Shown here piece after piece: positions 1 through 12,706 of a stretch of 64,000 nucleotides of DNA. A model generated the notes under the pieces. It saw only the letters and a list, made by a program, of their open reading frames with translations, was not told the origin of the DNA and did not search any database. Location of the stretch: assembly GCA_936941205.1 (NCBI GenBank), contig CAKZJF010000082.1, positions 2,536-66,535 of the forward strand, written 5' to 3'. Numbering within the stretch: position 1 is the stretch's first letter; each line of letters opens with the position of its first letter. The position numbers and the translations under genes were made by a program. Source of the DNA: an uncultured Candidatus Altimarinota bacterium. GTDB taxonomy: Bacteria; Patescibacteriota; Gracilibacteria; BD1-5; UBA2023.

Positions 1-70
1 CTGAAATTCGAAATGATATTGAGGACTGGATCCGTTCAAAATAATACAATACCTCCTATTTTTCTATTTT

Positions 71-625
71 ATGGATATCACACAGTATCTGAGGGAACTT
101 AAAAAAAACAGTCTTGAACGCAATATTCCAAATATTACCGAGAATAATGCTCGTTTTATTACTGACCGTATTCAAAAACAGTCTCCTTCACATATTCTAG
201 AAATCGGGACAGCCAATGGATACTCAACACTTTGTTTTGCTCAAATACTAAGACAAATATGAAAATGAGATATTACAACGATTGAGCACACGCCTGATAT
301 GCAGAATGAAGCATGCGAACATTTTCATGCATGCTGAGTTGAGTCTTTCATTACTCCACTTCTTTGAGATGCTCTGACACTGATTCCAACACTTCCAGAT
401 ACCTATTTTGATTTTGTATTTATCGATGCAATGAAAAAATCCTACCTCGATTATTATCTTCTCATCCAACCAAAACTCGTTTCTCCTGCAATGATTATCG
501 TAGATGATGTAAAAAAGTTTCGTTATAAAATGGAAAATTTTTATAACTACCTTTCAGAGAAAAAAATAGAATACACTCTTTATGAGGTTGATGATGATGA
601 TGCAACTATGATAATTCTTTTGTAG
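71..625 (+). CDS. SAM-dependent O-methyltransferase, family 3 (YrrM / caffeoyl-CoA OMT-like)
   Basis: ORFs 71-262 and 431-625 lie in one frame and join across TGA read as Gly. ILEIGTANGYS SAM loop, LLGDAL and FDFVFIDA motifs. Ends at TAG 623-625. Confidence 0.75.
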
Positions 626-674
626 ATATTTTGAATATTTGACATATATAGTTATATAGTTTATAATAATATAT

Positions 675-1472
675 ATGTCACAAAATACACTCGAACAAAC
701 ATCCAGTTCCGAGACTATAGGACTCCTTGCACGTATGGGATTTAATGTTCATTTTCTTCAAAAATTAGCACACCCAGAATCTATTCAAGAAAGAACAAGT
801 AGTGGAACCCTTCTCTATCGATATAGAATGAATGGTCATTTTTCATTCGATCCCATGAAAGATAAAAAACTTCAAAAGTTTACTGATTGGCTCCATGGAA
901 AAAGACATCTTCTTACCGGAAATTTTTCAAGTCCAAATGCTTTTTGGAACTATCATTTTACCCAATGAAAAAATGAAAATATTCCTGAGGAAATTGAACA
1001 AATGGAAATAGCATTCTATGATGCCCGATCAATAGAAGACATTATTCATATTCTCGAAAGAAGTACTCTTCCTATTCTCGCTCCCAATAAAAAGGAAATT
1101 TATCCAAGAGAAGTTCTCATAGAGAATCTTCAAAAAATTAAGTCTTGGCATCGGAAATGGATAGAATATCATGAGAAAGTGTCGAGTTGAAGTGTTATGC
1201 TAGAACTTCAAGAACGGGTAAAAAAACTCTTATCCACGGGTGATACTATTTCTCATGGAATTTGAGGAGAGAAAGATTCTATCAGGAAAAAACTTGAGTT
1301 GATGCAACAACAATCCAAGGAAATATTGCGCCATGCAACCAGATCACATGATATACGATCTCATGTCATCCGCATACTTTCCTGATATGATTCAAAGAAG
1401 AAAGTTCCCTATCCAGTTGTATTTACAGAAGAAGAAATGAACACAGTATATAAACTCTATAGCATCCTATAA
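675..1472 (+). CDS. hypothetical protein (265 aa)
   Basis: ORFs 675-968 and 1002-1190 plus the downstream stretch share one frame interrupted only by TGA. Ends at TAA 1470-1472. No family recognised. Confidence 0.55.
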
Positions 1473-1572
1473 AAAATGAATCATTCCCGTTGCAATACGA
1501 TAGAAAACATATATACTTTCTATCGTATTTTTTCATACAATTCTTGTTTTACTCATTTATTTATATTGAATT

Positions 1573-1887
1573 ATGGCAACTCTTATTTCTACTGATGCGG
1601 ATTTTACAAATAATATTTCTACTGGACTTACTCTCGTTGATTTTTGGGCTGAGTGGTGTGGTCCTTGCCAGATGATGCTTCCAAGACTTGAAGAACTTTC
1701 CTCAAAGGTTGATGGAAAAGCAAAAGTTATGAAACATAATGTTGATACTGATCCTCAAGTTCCAACACAATTCCGTGTTATGAGCATTCCAACTATTATC
1801 CTCTTTAAAGATGGACAACCAGTTGAAAAATTTGTAGGAGTACAAGATGTTACTACATTAACTCAAGCTATTGAAAAGCATATATAA
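1573..1887 (+). CDS. trxA: thioredoxin
   Basis: Uninterrupted 104-aa ORF with the WCGPC active site and typical thioredoxin length. Confidence 0.95.
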   Translation: MATLISTDADFTNNISTGLTLVDFWAEWCGPCQMMLPRLEELSSKVDGKAKVMKHNVDTDPQVPTQFRVMSIPTIILFKDGQPVEKFVGVQDVTTLTQAIEKHI

Positions 1888-1904
1888 GCATTTTTTTAAT
1901 TAAA

Positions 1905-1940
1905 CAAAAAATACCTCCCAAATTTTGGGAGGTATTTTTT
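1905..1940. terminator. bidirectional rho-independent terminator
   Basis: Stem atacctccca (1911-1920) / tgggaggtat (1926-1935), flanked by an A-run and a T-run. Lies between convergent trxA and the giant minus-strand gene. Confidence 0.7.
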
Positions 1941-1954
1941 ACAGAATTATTCTA

Positions 1955-4900
1955 CTACTGAATTACTACCTTTGAAACATTATATTGTCCAAGGAAGCGA
2001 GAAAGAAGTGGTGGAGGGTTTCGAAGAGCTCGACTTGAATAATTGAGAATGATACCAGTAGTAACTGTATCATATCCAACATTCGCTCGGATATACGTAT
2101 GACACGCAATGAGATGAGTAGCATTTCCATAGAGTGTACCATATATCTTAAGAATATTTTGAGTACTATTGGTTACACATTTTCCAGCAGCGTCAAGAAG
2201 ACCATTCGTGGTTAATACTCGTCCATTTTGTCCGACACTATCGGGAAGTGCTACAAATATCCCTGCAATACTGGTTACATCTTCTTTAATAATAATATTT
2301 CCATTACGGACAATGAATGACCAACTTGAATTTACATTATTAAGAATATTTGCGTTGATATAGAGGTTTCCATTTTCGACAATCACTGTTTTTACTCATG
2401 AAAGTGTAAGATTTGTATTGATAGAAAGATTTCCATTTCGAATTGCATACACATCATTATAGTCAGAAAGTGAGAGTCACTGTGTATCAAAATCAGCAAG
2501 TGAATTAATTGCGTAACTTCCTACTTTTGCCCGTTGTGTAATAATATTCAGTTCAGCCGTTGAGCCCCCTGTATACACCGTAGTTGTTGTAGTAGTAGAT
2601 GAGGTTGAGAGATTCGTAGTAGTAGTTCCTACCGCAGTTGTAGAAGTAAAATTTCCACTACTAACACTATCGAGGAATCATCCAACTATCTCAGTGGCAC
2701 TTGCAAAAGTTACTCTACGAAGATATACATTTCCGGCAGAACTTGAAACCATATTTTTTGAAACACGAACCTGAATAGGAATACGTATAGCTTCAAGTTT
2801 TACTTCCACTCCACCATTTGCATAATCAGAAGTCAAAGAGTTTCCGATGAAAGTTGTCAATTGTGATCCAGTATAAAGAAGAACATCATTTACTCCGCGA
2901 GCAGTTCCAGTAAATATATGAGTTCCAAGATGATCAGCCCATTGATATTTTACATATTCTCCTCGTCCAATTACAACATCAGATGGAAGATAATAACAGT
3001 TCGAATCAGAAGGCCCTGACACGACTGAGTAGTTTGTTGTATAAATACATACTCGAGCTCATGAAAGACTTACAGGAATATCATATTTTGTCTGAAGATG
3101 AAATATCAGACTATCTGCATTGGTAAATACTCGACTATTTTCTCCAATAACAACTTGATATCGTGTTGCATCGCAACGAAGAAGGTTTTCTGGAGGAAGA
3201 TATGATACTGTTTGAGCAGTAATTGGATGAATAACAGAAAGAGACGAAGCATTATTTACTGTATTGCAATCAAAATCATGAAGAAGTGTGTTCGTTGTAA
3301 AAGCAATACTACGAGAAAGCCCTGGCATATAAATATAAGTACTTGTGATTGGATCTTCACCTGGAATAGTAACTGGTGAGACCTTACAAGTTGAACTACA
3401 TCCAATACGATCAGAATTCGGACCAAGATCACACTGTTCATCATCAACTGTATTGGCAATTCCATCAACTCCATTTACTTCGAGAATACCATTTCCACAA
3501 TATCATGATGATCACCCAGTTGGACAAAGATTTCGATTATTGTAACAGGAATCATACGTTGTATGAGTACACGGAACTCCGTTATTGGCAGTTTGACAAG
3601 CATTAGCATCTATAAAAGAAGCACATATTCGATTCGAGTTATTCATACATGTGTAATACAAGCCACTACTTGATCCAGAGGTAGTAATAGTAGTAGCACA
3701 AGCACCGACAGGAGCTTGTCCATCAAGTATAGAACCAGTAAGCACTACTCCATTTGAATCTTGAATTGCACAAGAAGGAGAAAATGTGGTATTTGCAGTA
3801 GAGTAGGTACAAACGCGACTATTGGTTGAACCATATGTACCAGACGTATCACCTTCATAACAACGAATTCGATATTGGTATGTAAGAGACCCTGAAAGAT
3901 TTGCACCATTACAAGTAAGGGTAGCAGTAAGTGGAGATCCGCCAGATCGAGCGGTTGAATCAAGTGAACCACAAACTGGACCAAGTTCTACACGAATAAC
4001 AGCTGGATCAGTATTATTTATAGGATTTACATCACCTGTATTTGAAATAGTAGCAACATTTGCATATGTCCCAGCTGGAATAGTTCAAGATGTTCGTGCA
4101 TATACAATTACATCTGGAAATAATTGACCAGCACTGAGTACTCCAGAATGAGTACAGCGAAATGAACGATTTCCGTTATCTCCAGAGGTACAAGTCCACG
4201 TAGAAGATTGAATAGCACCAGAGATAACTACATTATTTGGAAGCGTATCCTCAAGTGTCGTTACTCCAGAGCTTGCTATCGGTCCAAGGTTCGATACTGA
4301 ATAGGTATATACAAGATTTCCAGACTGACTTACAATAAGCGCATCTTGTTCATCATTTCCGATATGACCTGTATTTCTATCGCGCAGTGTTCCATCTGTG
4401 AGCGTTCGTCCCACTCGTTTCTTCAACATAAGATCAAATGTGTTTCCTGGAGTAATTACAACATCAACCGGGTTACAGTTATTTACCTTATAAAGTCCGA
4501 GAATAGGGTTTAAGGTTGCAAGTTCATTTGGATCATTTGGATTCGAAAGACAAACTACATTTCTATAGACACCTGGAATACCCACAAGTGTTGCCTGAGC
4601 GGTAATTGTTGGGAATCGTTGCCCCATAGCAATACTATCACTTCGATTACATGAAAATCCAGTATTCGTATTCGTACATGTCCATCCACTTCCAGAAACA
4701 GAAGTCAGAGTAATTCCAGATGAAAAATCCGTATCTGTAATGGTAGTTGTACCAGTAACAGCGAGAAGTCCAAGATTTTCAACTATAAATGTATAGGTAA
4801 GTGCATTTCCTGATTGAGCACCAATACCCTCATCATCTCCGTTTACATATTTATGAATCATGAGATCAAATCCATTTGGATTTGGAGGATTCACGGCTGC

Positions 4901-6837
4901 ACTATCAGTATTATTTGGAAGATAGTTATCATAAATATTACTTACTGTTGCACTATTTATAATACCATTCGGTTGAAATACTGCATTGGTTGCACGAACT
5001 GGAACAGTAATTACTGGAAAAAGTTGATTTGATGCAATCACAGCTGAAGTTGTACAAGTAAAACTCGTAGATCCACTACTTCCAGTACATGTCCATCCAT
5101 TTCCTGATGGAGTATCACGAAGCGTTATATATGTTGGAAGAGTATCAGTTACGGTCGTTATACCACTACTAGAATCTGTAATACCAGTTCAGGCAATGAT
5201 CACACCATTATTCTGTACGATTATATTATAATTGAAATCTTCATTGTTCGTAATAGGAGCAAATACATCATCCCCTTTTACATATTTCTTAATGGCAAGA
5301 TCATATGCTGGAGTTACTACAACAACAGCAGGATCACACTTATTTGTAACCGGATTATAATTCGGATCTCCTGGGTTACAATCATTTGGTACAGTTGTAC
5401 AATCGAGAGTTGCTCCGGTAAGTTCACATACCGCTGCCACATTTTTTACAGCAGTACCAACTGGAGTAGTATGTGCAAGATATACTGGAACCGTAATATA
5501 TGGGAGAGTAGCTCCGGAAGCTATCGAACCAGTATATATACAAGTAAATCCTGTATTTCCTGATGTTGTACATGACCACCCTGTCGCACTAATTGAACCA
5601 CTAATTGTTACATTGGCCGGAAGTGTATCTGTAACTTTGGCGCCAGATGCAATAGTAGCACCCGAATTGGCAACTACAATAATATAATTAAAGAGTGATC
5701 CTCTTGGAAGATTCAATGCAGAAGAAACTACTTGAGCATCAGAATTTAAAGTTGATCCAGTAGAAGCATATTTTTTTACAGAGAGTCCCCCTGTCTGAGT
5801 AGTTGATCCAGTTTGATATCGTGCAGTACAATTCACAGAACCACTTCATACACATTGCCATGCATAGTTAGAAATATTTCCAACCACATTCGTAGTAAAT
5901 CCAGAAACAGCTCCCGTTCCACAATATCCCTGAGTAATTGGAGTCGAGAGGGTTCCAGAGTAGACAGTACTGCATGCTGGAGTTGTAGTAGATGTTCCAG
6001 TTTGATATCGTGCAGTACAATTCACAGGAGTAGTACCTGCAGAACCATTACATTGCCATGCATAATTTGATACATTCCCTACAACATTAGTAGCAAATGC
6101 AGAAACAGTTCCAGTTCCACAATATCCCTGAGTAATAGGAGCTATAAGTGTACCAGAATAGACAGTACTACATACTGGAGTTACAGTTGTTGTTGCAGTC
6201 GTACATGTAGTACTACAAGCATTCCCTGCTGTACCATTTGCAGCTCCATTATCACACGTTTCACCATTGGTAACATCAGTTGTACCATCTCAACAAAAGG
6301 CTGGATAATAAGCAATACACTCTTTATGTGTAATTTCTGAAGAACCTCATACTTCCCAATATTTAATAGTATATGCTAACTCAAAAATAGGAGTATTTCT
6401 TCCAGCAGTACGAATGGCTGGTGAGATACTCGAGAATCCTACACTATAACTAGGATCAAGTAATAAGAGTGTTCGACTTTCATTGGAAGCAAACTTAAGA
6501 TATGGTCCATATGTTGGATCTGTATATGCAGTTCATTGCCAGAATGCAGTCTTTGTACCATACTCCAATATTTCTGTAGGATATGGAGTACTAAAAGAAA
6601 CCGGTGTTGAGTTATCATTCAGATAAATCTCATCAGGATTGGAACCTGCATGCCAGATATCTCAAAACGCACTTCTAGCAGTACCCAAATATAAATTTGA
6701 ATCACTGTAGAAACACTGATTACAACTATTGGCAGTTTGAGCTGATGAACAAGTAGTAGATACAGTGGCTGCATAGAGTGAGTTACTGAATCAATACAAT
6801 GTTAACACACTGAGAGAAAAGGATAGAATTTTGCGCA
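1955..6837 (-). CDS. giant secreted/surface protein with DUF11-type repeats (about 1600 aa), apparent frameshift after the signal peptide
   Basis: ORF fragments 1955-2386, 2678-3022, 3059-3328, 3512-3745, 4085-5041 and 5189-5836 share one frame and are separated only by TGA where checked. Repeats of DUF11 type (YTYSVSNLGP..DTLP..WTC..LSAGQ). The signal peptide MRKILSFSLSVLTLY starts at 6837 in a different frame from the body, whose frame has TAA at 6782-6784. Confidence 0.8.
5808..6185 (-). repeat. 2 x 189-nt in-frame tandem duplication inside the giant gene
   Basis: ccagtttgatatcgtgcagtacaattcaca recurs at 5808 and 5997. Each copy encodes a 63-aa module (TQGYCGTG.VS.F.TNVVGN.SNYAWQC...VNCTARYQTG). 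Confidence 0.8.
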
Positions 6838-6861
6838 TATAAGACAAAATGAATAAAAAAA

Positions 6862-7053
6862 TTACTTGCGGATTTCTGAAGGATTTAATCCAGATTGGAT
6901 TTTGAGTTGTTCTTGTGAAGTTGTATAAGCTCCAGTTGATGGTTGCATGCTAGTGAAATCAACGGTCACAGAATCTTTTTCAATAATCTCTTTGTTTGAA
7001 GAACAAGATGTCAAAGTGCATCATAGAATGATACAGAAAAGGAAAGGTTTCAT
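6862..7053 (-). CDS. small lipoprotein (63 aa)
   Basis: ATG at 7053 and TAA at 6862-6864. N-terminus MKPFLFCIILGCTLTSCSS carries the lipobox LTSC. One internal TGA read as Gly. Confidence 0.65.
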
Positions 7054-7069
7054 AATATGAAATAATTAA

Positions 7070-10000
7070 TTAGGGTTTTGGAGGTCGAGATCAGGTTTGA
7101 TTACCACCATTTGTTGTTTGTGTAGTGCTAGTTGAAATAGGTCAAGCAGGTGCTGGCGTTTGGCTTGCTGGAATAACTACAGTAGTACTACCATCCATTG
7201 GAGTGGAAGTTGAATCCCCATCCATTGGAGTGGAAGTTGAAGGAGTTGGATTATTGTTATCTCTAGGAGTTGCTTCATATCAAACAGCAACAGAGAATCA
7301 AGTTCATTTTTCTCATGTAGATACCTCAAATCATTCCGTCTCACTTACTCAAGCAATATTTCCTGCATTTTCTATTTTGAGCTCCTTACCTCGATATAAG
7401 AGAGAACCAAGATCAATGGCAAACGAAGGAAAATTCAAACATTCTCCGAATGCACATTTATAGAACAAAGCCGAAGATGTAATCTCCTTTCCTGAAAATG
7501 TACCCTTTCCAGTAGTAAGAAGTGTTTTAATATCTTGCTCTGGGATAGATGTTGTGTTATCCCCTGTAATACTCTGGATACTTTTTTCTATTGAAACATA
7601 AATCTGCTTCATATATCCTTCTTGAGTTTTTTGCATGAGAGCGAGTATATCTCATCTTTTATTCACATTACCTTCTTCCGCAATAAGTGGTCATTTTTTT
7701 GCATCAAATGCTATGTTCATTTGTCATTTTGGCATCATACTAAAACCATGTGCTTTCTCTCCTCATTTCCATCCTGCAACTGCACCGATGAGGTTCTTAA
7801 TATTAACATTTTTATCACCAACCTTCACAGTATTGTATTCAGCATAGTACTTATCAGAATCTTTTCCCTGAAATACCGTATCAAAATCTGCTAAATCTAC
7901 ACCATTTGCTTTCGCAAGAGCCTGAAGCGTCTTACTATTCTTTCGCTCATTAAACTGTTTCTCGATTCATTTCTGAGCAGTAAATAACATTTTATCATTC
8001 TCTATTTTTACATCTCTACTATTTGAATAATCCGTCATGAGACCAGTTCGGAGTTTATGCATAGCAGCATATCTTACTGATACAGAATTTTTTGCATCTC
8101 ATTTCTTCGGAAAGAAGAATGCATACATTGCTTGAATATCTTTATTTCTTATACTTGAACGAAGCAGGCTCTTCAATTTAGGTTCAGTAGCAGCAAGGAA
8201 GGTCTCTAGATTACTAATATCAGCATTTTTATAAGCTGTAAGAAAATCAGTGAGCCCTGATTTATTTGCAAAAAATAATCTTGATAACGCTATTCGGGCA
8301 CTGGGAGTTTGCATTACTTTCTCAAATTCTGCTGCACTCACCACAGAAAGTTCAGGCTCTTTGTTTTCCTCTTTTCAGTCTACTGATGTGGTTTGTAATT
8401 CACCCTTATCAATAAATTCCACGATCAATCCTCAGCCTCATTTTGTATTTGGCTTAATCCTCATATCAACCGAATGATTTTTAATGGTTATTTTACCATC
8501 ATCTCAAACTGCATATGAACCATCAAGACTTTTTGGAAAGACAAGTGATAATTCTTTTTGAGCATCTCATCTCTTAGGAAATTCAATAGTAACTTCTTTT
8601 TGAGTTGCATCTGGATTAACGGTAATCTTTGGCTTATTATATCATGCGCTTGAAAGTAGTTCATTTGTTCCATTTTCATCCATTGTTACTACTTGATTCA
8701 CTTTCTTAAAACCAACCTGAAAATCTGATTTCTCAAATCGAACTCATGGAAGAATATAAGCAATTCCAGCAAGTTGACCAAAGTTCAGTCCAATCTGTGA
8801 CATTACCCAACCGGTATCATTCTTCTCTCTCTGGAGAATCATAACTTCATTCTCAATAATCTTAGTCAGTGCCGTTTGAATCATAAGATATCTTGATTCT
8901 AAACTTGTAGCCTGCTCATATCAATTCGATACAAGGAACTGTCTTAGATCTGACGCCATACGAATTCCCATCATTTTATTAGAAACAATTGGAGGTTTTG
9001 TATTTACAAGATTAATATCCTCAACTTTTGTAATATTTGATAACTGTCGAATTGCATCTCTCGATTTTTCAATATCTGATTGGAGATTTTCCTGTGCATC
9101 TCGACCTTGTCAGAGTCTCATTCCAGCAAAGATATTCATCCCAACTGGAGTAGCGGTAATGGATCCAAGAAAATCATTCATACGTCCGTGCATACCAAAG
9201 AATGGTAATAATTGCCCCGAATAAGCTAATCCATAATGAACACCAAGTTCTGAATTTTCAGAACGAAATATTTCTTTTGTACAAGCAATAGCAATAAGTG
9301 CCCCAAATTTTCCTCCAAATTCCATAGATCCACTTATACCAACAGTTACAGTATCAGCAAACCAATTATTGAGCTCCTTTGTAATACCAACACCACCTCC
9401 GATACGATTATTTGTAAGAAGCGTTGCCCATTCAAGTGAGAGAGATTCGAGTTTAGCAGGATTTGATAATTCTTTCGAAAGAATATCAATCTTGTCTAGT
9501 ACACTCTTCTTCTGGTCTATAGAAAGTTTTGGATCTTCTCCAATTATAGCTTTCTGTTTATTTATAGCTGACTCTGCTCCTGTTTGAATTTGTTTTTGCA
9601 CTTCAGGTTTTTTTAACTCATCAACAATACGATTGGAATTTTCTGCATTGATTCCAATATCTACCTTTCCAGATTGAAAAAATCCAACCTTATCAGGTGA
9701 TTTTGCTATATAATTCAATCATCGAATATAAGCAGAACGAATCTCAGGTTTTTTCTGCATTTCAGAGAATATTTCATTTCCAGAAGATCATGTAAGTTTC
9801 TCACCTCCGATTTCAACGAGTTTTCTTACTCGTTCAGATATTTTCTGATCATCCATTTTAGAAAAATATGTTTCAAGCTCTTTTGGAGCATAGAGTGTCA
9901 TGAAAGAACGATCATCAGATAATAAATTTGCTGATTTTTTATCCTTAAAATCAACTACATGTTTTACCCCCTCACGGTACGTGGAAAGATAATTAATAAA

Positions 10001-10894
10001 TACAGAGCGAGAAAATGTATCTGGAGTAGTTTGTCTATCTTTTGCGAGAAGCCAATCCTGTGTGGTTTGTCCAGCCTTATAAAAAGATTGGAGTTCTACG
10101 AATAAAGGATCAAGATTTTGCCTATTCTTCTCATAGATTTTCTTAAATTCACGAACGGTTGCACGTTCTCCAAGTCCAAGTTTTCCATTGGAACGATATC
10201 ACTCAAAAGTATCTAAAGAAAAAGCACCTGTTTCTACAAGTTTTCCTGAAATACAAAATTCAATAAGAGCAGCAATATTTGCATCTCAAAGACTGAGAGG
10301 ATTATTTTTTGTTCATTCAGAACGAAAAACATCCTGTGTAGATGTTGCTGTAAACAATTCAAGGAGAGCTACTACTCCTGGATTATCCTTTATAGACTTA
10401 AGTCATTCGAGGAGAGCTTTTGCTTGAAGGGGATTATTATCACTATCTTTTGCCATTTCACGAAAATCAGCCCTATCTGCAATGGAACGGCTTAAGTTTT
10501 GACGAGCAGTATCAGCAGTATCTTTAACTCAATCAGTCTGAGTATTATTTCAAGATTCAAGAGAAGTATATTTCTCTTGAAAAGATGTTCTTAATTGAAT
10601 AAGCTTTAGTTTTTCTTCCTCGGTAAAAGTACTATCTCTTGAATCAATGGCTGAAGTAAGTTCATTTAAAATCTTATTTTTTATAGCCATATTTTTTATA
10701 GCGACTTGATTAATCTCCTTATCAAGGACATCCATAAGTGCTAATCTTGCCTGTAGATTCTCTTGTTTATTAATATCCTCCAATAATTTTTTTATACCTA
10801 AATCAGACGTTTGAGCCTCAGGTGGTTTATTTGCATCTGCTCAAGAATAAAATGCAGATATGTTTATATTACCAGTGGTACGAATTGTATACAT
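7070..10894 (-). CDS. large hypothetical protein (1274 aa), no family recognised
   Basis: ORF fragments 7349-7636, 8099-8344, 9110-9718 and 10550-10783 share one frame with ATG 10894 and TAA 7070-7072. Spot-checked gaps contain only TGA. No signal peptide. Central Gly-rich hydrophobic stretch and a C-terminal Thr/Ser/Pro-rich tail. Confidence 0.75.
7191..7244 (-). repeat. 2 x 27-nt tandem coding repeat
   Basis: ccatccattggagtggaagttgaa occurs at 7191 and 7218. Encodes STSTPMDG(D/S) in the tail of the 1274-aa protein. Confidence 0.9.
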
Positions 10895-11060
10895 ACAAAA
10901 CAGATTAAAAATTTATTTCTAGATTATGCTATCATATTTCCCTATCTTTTGCAAATAAACAAGATATTTGTAGGAAATGAATAAAATATAAACAATATTA
11001 CATTAATATTTAATAATGTCAATATATCAGATATTCAATTCGCAGAAAAATCACATTAAT

Positions 11061-11092
11061 AAAAAATCCCTTAGATATCTAAGGGATTTTTT
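11061..11092 (-). terminator. rho-independent terminator
   Basis: Stem aatccctta / taagggatt with loop gatatc, flanked by A and T runs, immediately downstream of the CDS ending at 11110. Confidence 0.7.
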
Positions 11093-11109
11093 AAGATTAT
11101 TCTATAGAA

Positions 11110-11958
11110 CTATGCTCGACGACGAAGAGAGAACATAAGACCAAATGAAATGAAGAATGCAGCAGCTATAAGAAGGAGAGATTCTGGACCTGTCTTAGTC
11201 TTTGTCATATCTTTTGGATTTGGCTTTACAGTAACACCAGATGCTGTTCCTGTTGGTTTTGGAGTCGGAGTTACTGGGGAAACTGATCCAGTATTTGCTG
11301 GAGGAGTAGCAGTTTTTCCATCAAGACGGTACGCTACACATTCATAATGAGTTTTCTTAGGACCTTCAGCACCAGCAGTTACCTCATGGTATGCAACTGG
11401 AAAACGAACCATACCTACGTAGTCTCCGTTGTTTTTTGTGGAAGATTCAAGAGTGTATCCAGCACCAAGTACTGATTCTGTAACCTTAACTTTTTGACCA
11501 GGCTGTACAAAGTATACTTTTCGACTTGGATTGGTTCAACCACTATCTGTTACGAAAAGAATTTCCTGAGATACACGCCATTCTGCTCCAGATGTATTCC
11601 ATCGAGTTGCAGCATCAGCAAGATTAATAAGCTGAATACCCGCTACTGATTCTTTATGTTCATCTTCGTAGATAACGTATTGCATAGTTCCAGAAGCAAC
11701 ATTTGCAAACATATCATACATATTCCCACCTCCAACACGTTCTTTTTCTTTTACTCATTTTCCATCAAAACATTGATTACATTGATTTGCAGAAAAGAAA
11801 GGTTGTGTAGTACAGCTTACTTCTTGATAGTCTGATATAGCCGCATAAAGAGGCGCAGTAGAAATCATACATACTGCAGATGCGAGAAGAACGCGAGTTG
11901 AAATCATGTGCAAAAATGGTGAAAATGTAAAAATAATGTGAAAAAACTTCCTCCGCAT
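11110..11958 (-). CDS. secreted surface protein with C-terminal membrane-anchor/sorting-like signal
   Basis: ORFs 11110-11412, 11536-11721 and 11755-11958 share one frame, and the stops between them are TGA (11536-11538, 11755-11757). Signal peptide ends ..APLYAA. Pro/Thr-rich linker, then KTGPES + hydrophobic helix + RRRA tail. Confidence 0.75.
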
Positions 11959-12056
11959 TCTATTGCAAGAATGGTTTTTGTCAAAAAAAAACCTTGTATA
12001 AACGGATGAAATGTATACAATATTTGTACATTTATATTATAATTAAGTTTTACGGT

Positions 12057-12602
12057 ATGTTATCAAATGTACAAGTAGACCTTCACAAAGCGAAGGATCA
12101 CCTATTGACAGAGCTTGCAAAGCTTCAAGTATGACGTGCAAATCCTGCAATTGTTGAAGGAATCATGGTAATGGCTTATGGAAGCCTTCAACCATTACGT
12201 AATACTGCTGCGGTAGGAATTCTTGATTCTCAAACCCTTTCTATCCAACCTTGGGATAAATCTATCATTCGTGATATTGATAAGGCTATTACTGATGCAA
12301 ATCTTGGATTGAATCCACAGAATAATGGAGAATCTATTATGATTAAAATTCCAACTCCTACAGAAGAACGTCGCCGTGAACTTGTGAAGATTGCAGGAAA
12401 GATAGCCGAAGAAGGAAAAGTTGCAATTCGAAATATTCGACAAGAATATAAAAAACATATCGATACAGCGAAAAGTAATAAAGAAATCAGTGATGACATC
12501 GCAAAATGATATGAAACCGAACTGCAGAAATATATAGATGATGCTATTAAATGAGTTGACACTGACCTAAAGCATAAAGAAGAAGAAATTATGAAAGTGT
12601 AG
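12057..12602 (+). CDS. frr: ribosome recycling factor
   Basis: 181 aa. ATG 12057 is in frame with ORF 12165-12509. LQPWDKS, NLGLNP and PTEERRREL motifs. Ends at TAG 12600-12602. Confidence 0.9.
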
Positions 12603-12706
12603 TACTCACTACCATCCTCCATATTCTGGGGGATTTTTCTTGCATTGAACGAAAAATAGACATAATTATAGAACATCAATCCGCTCCCCATATTCCATTC
12701 AATATT

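Noticed and set aside
7191-7244. Short direct repeats as a possible CRISPR or regulatory array.
   Set aside because: Only two copies, contiguous, and in frame inside a long CDS. It is a coding tandem repeat.
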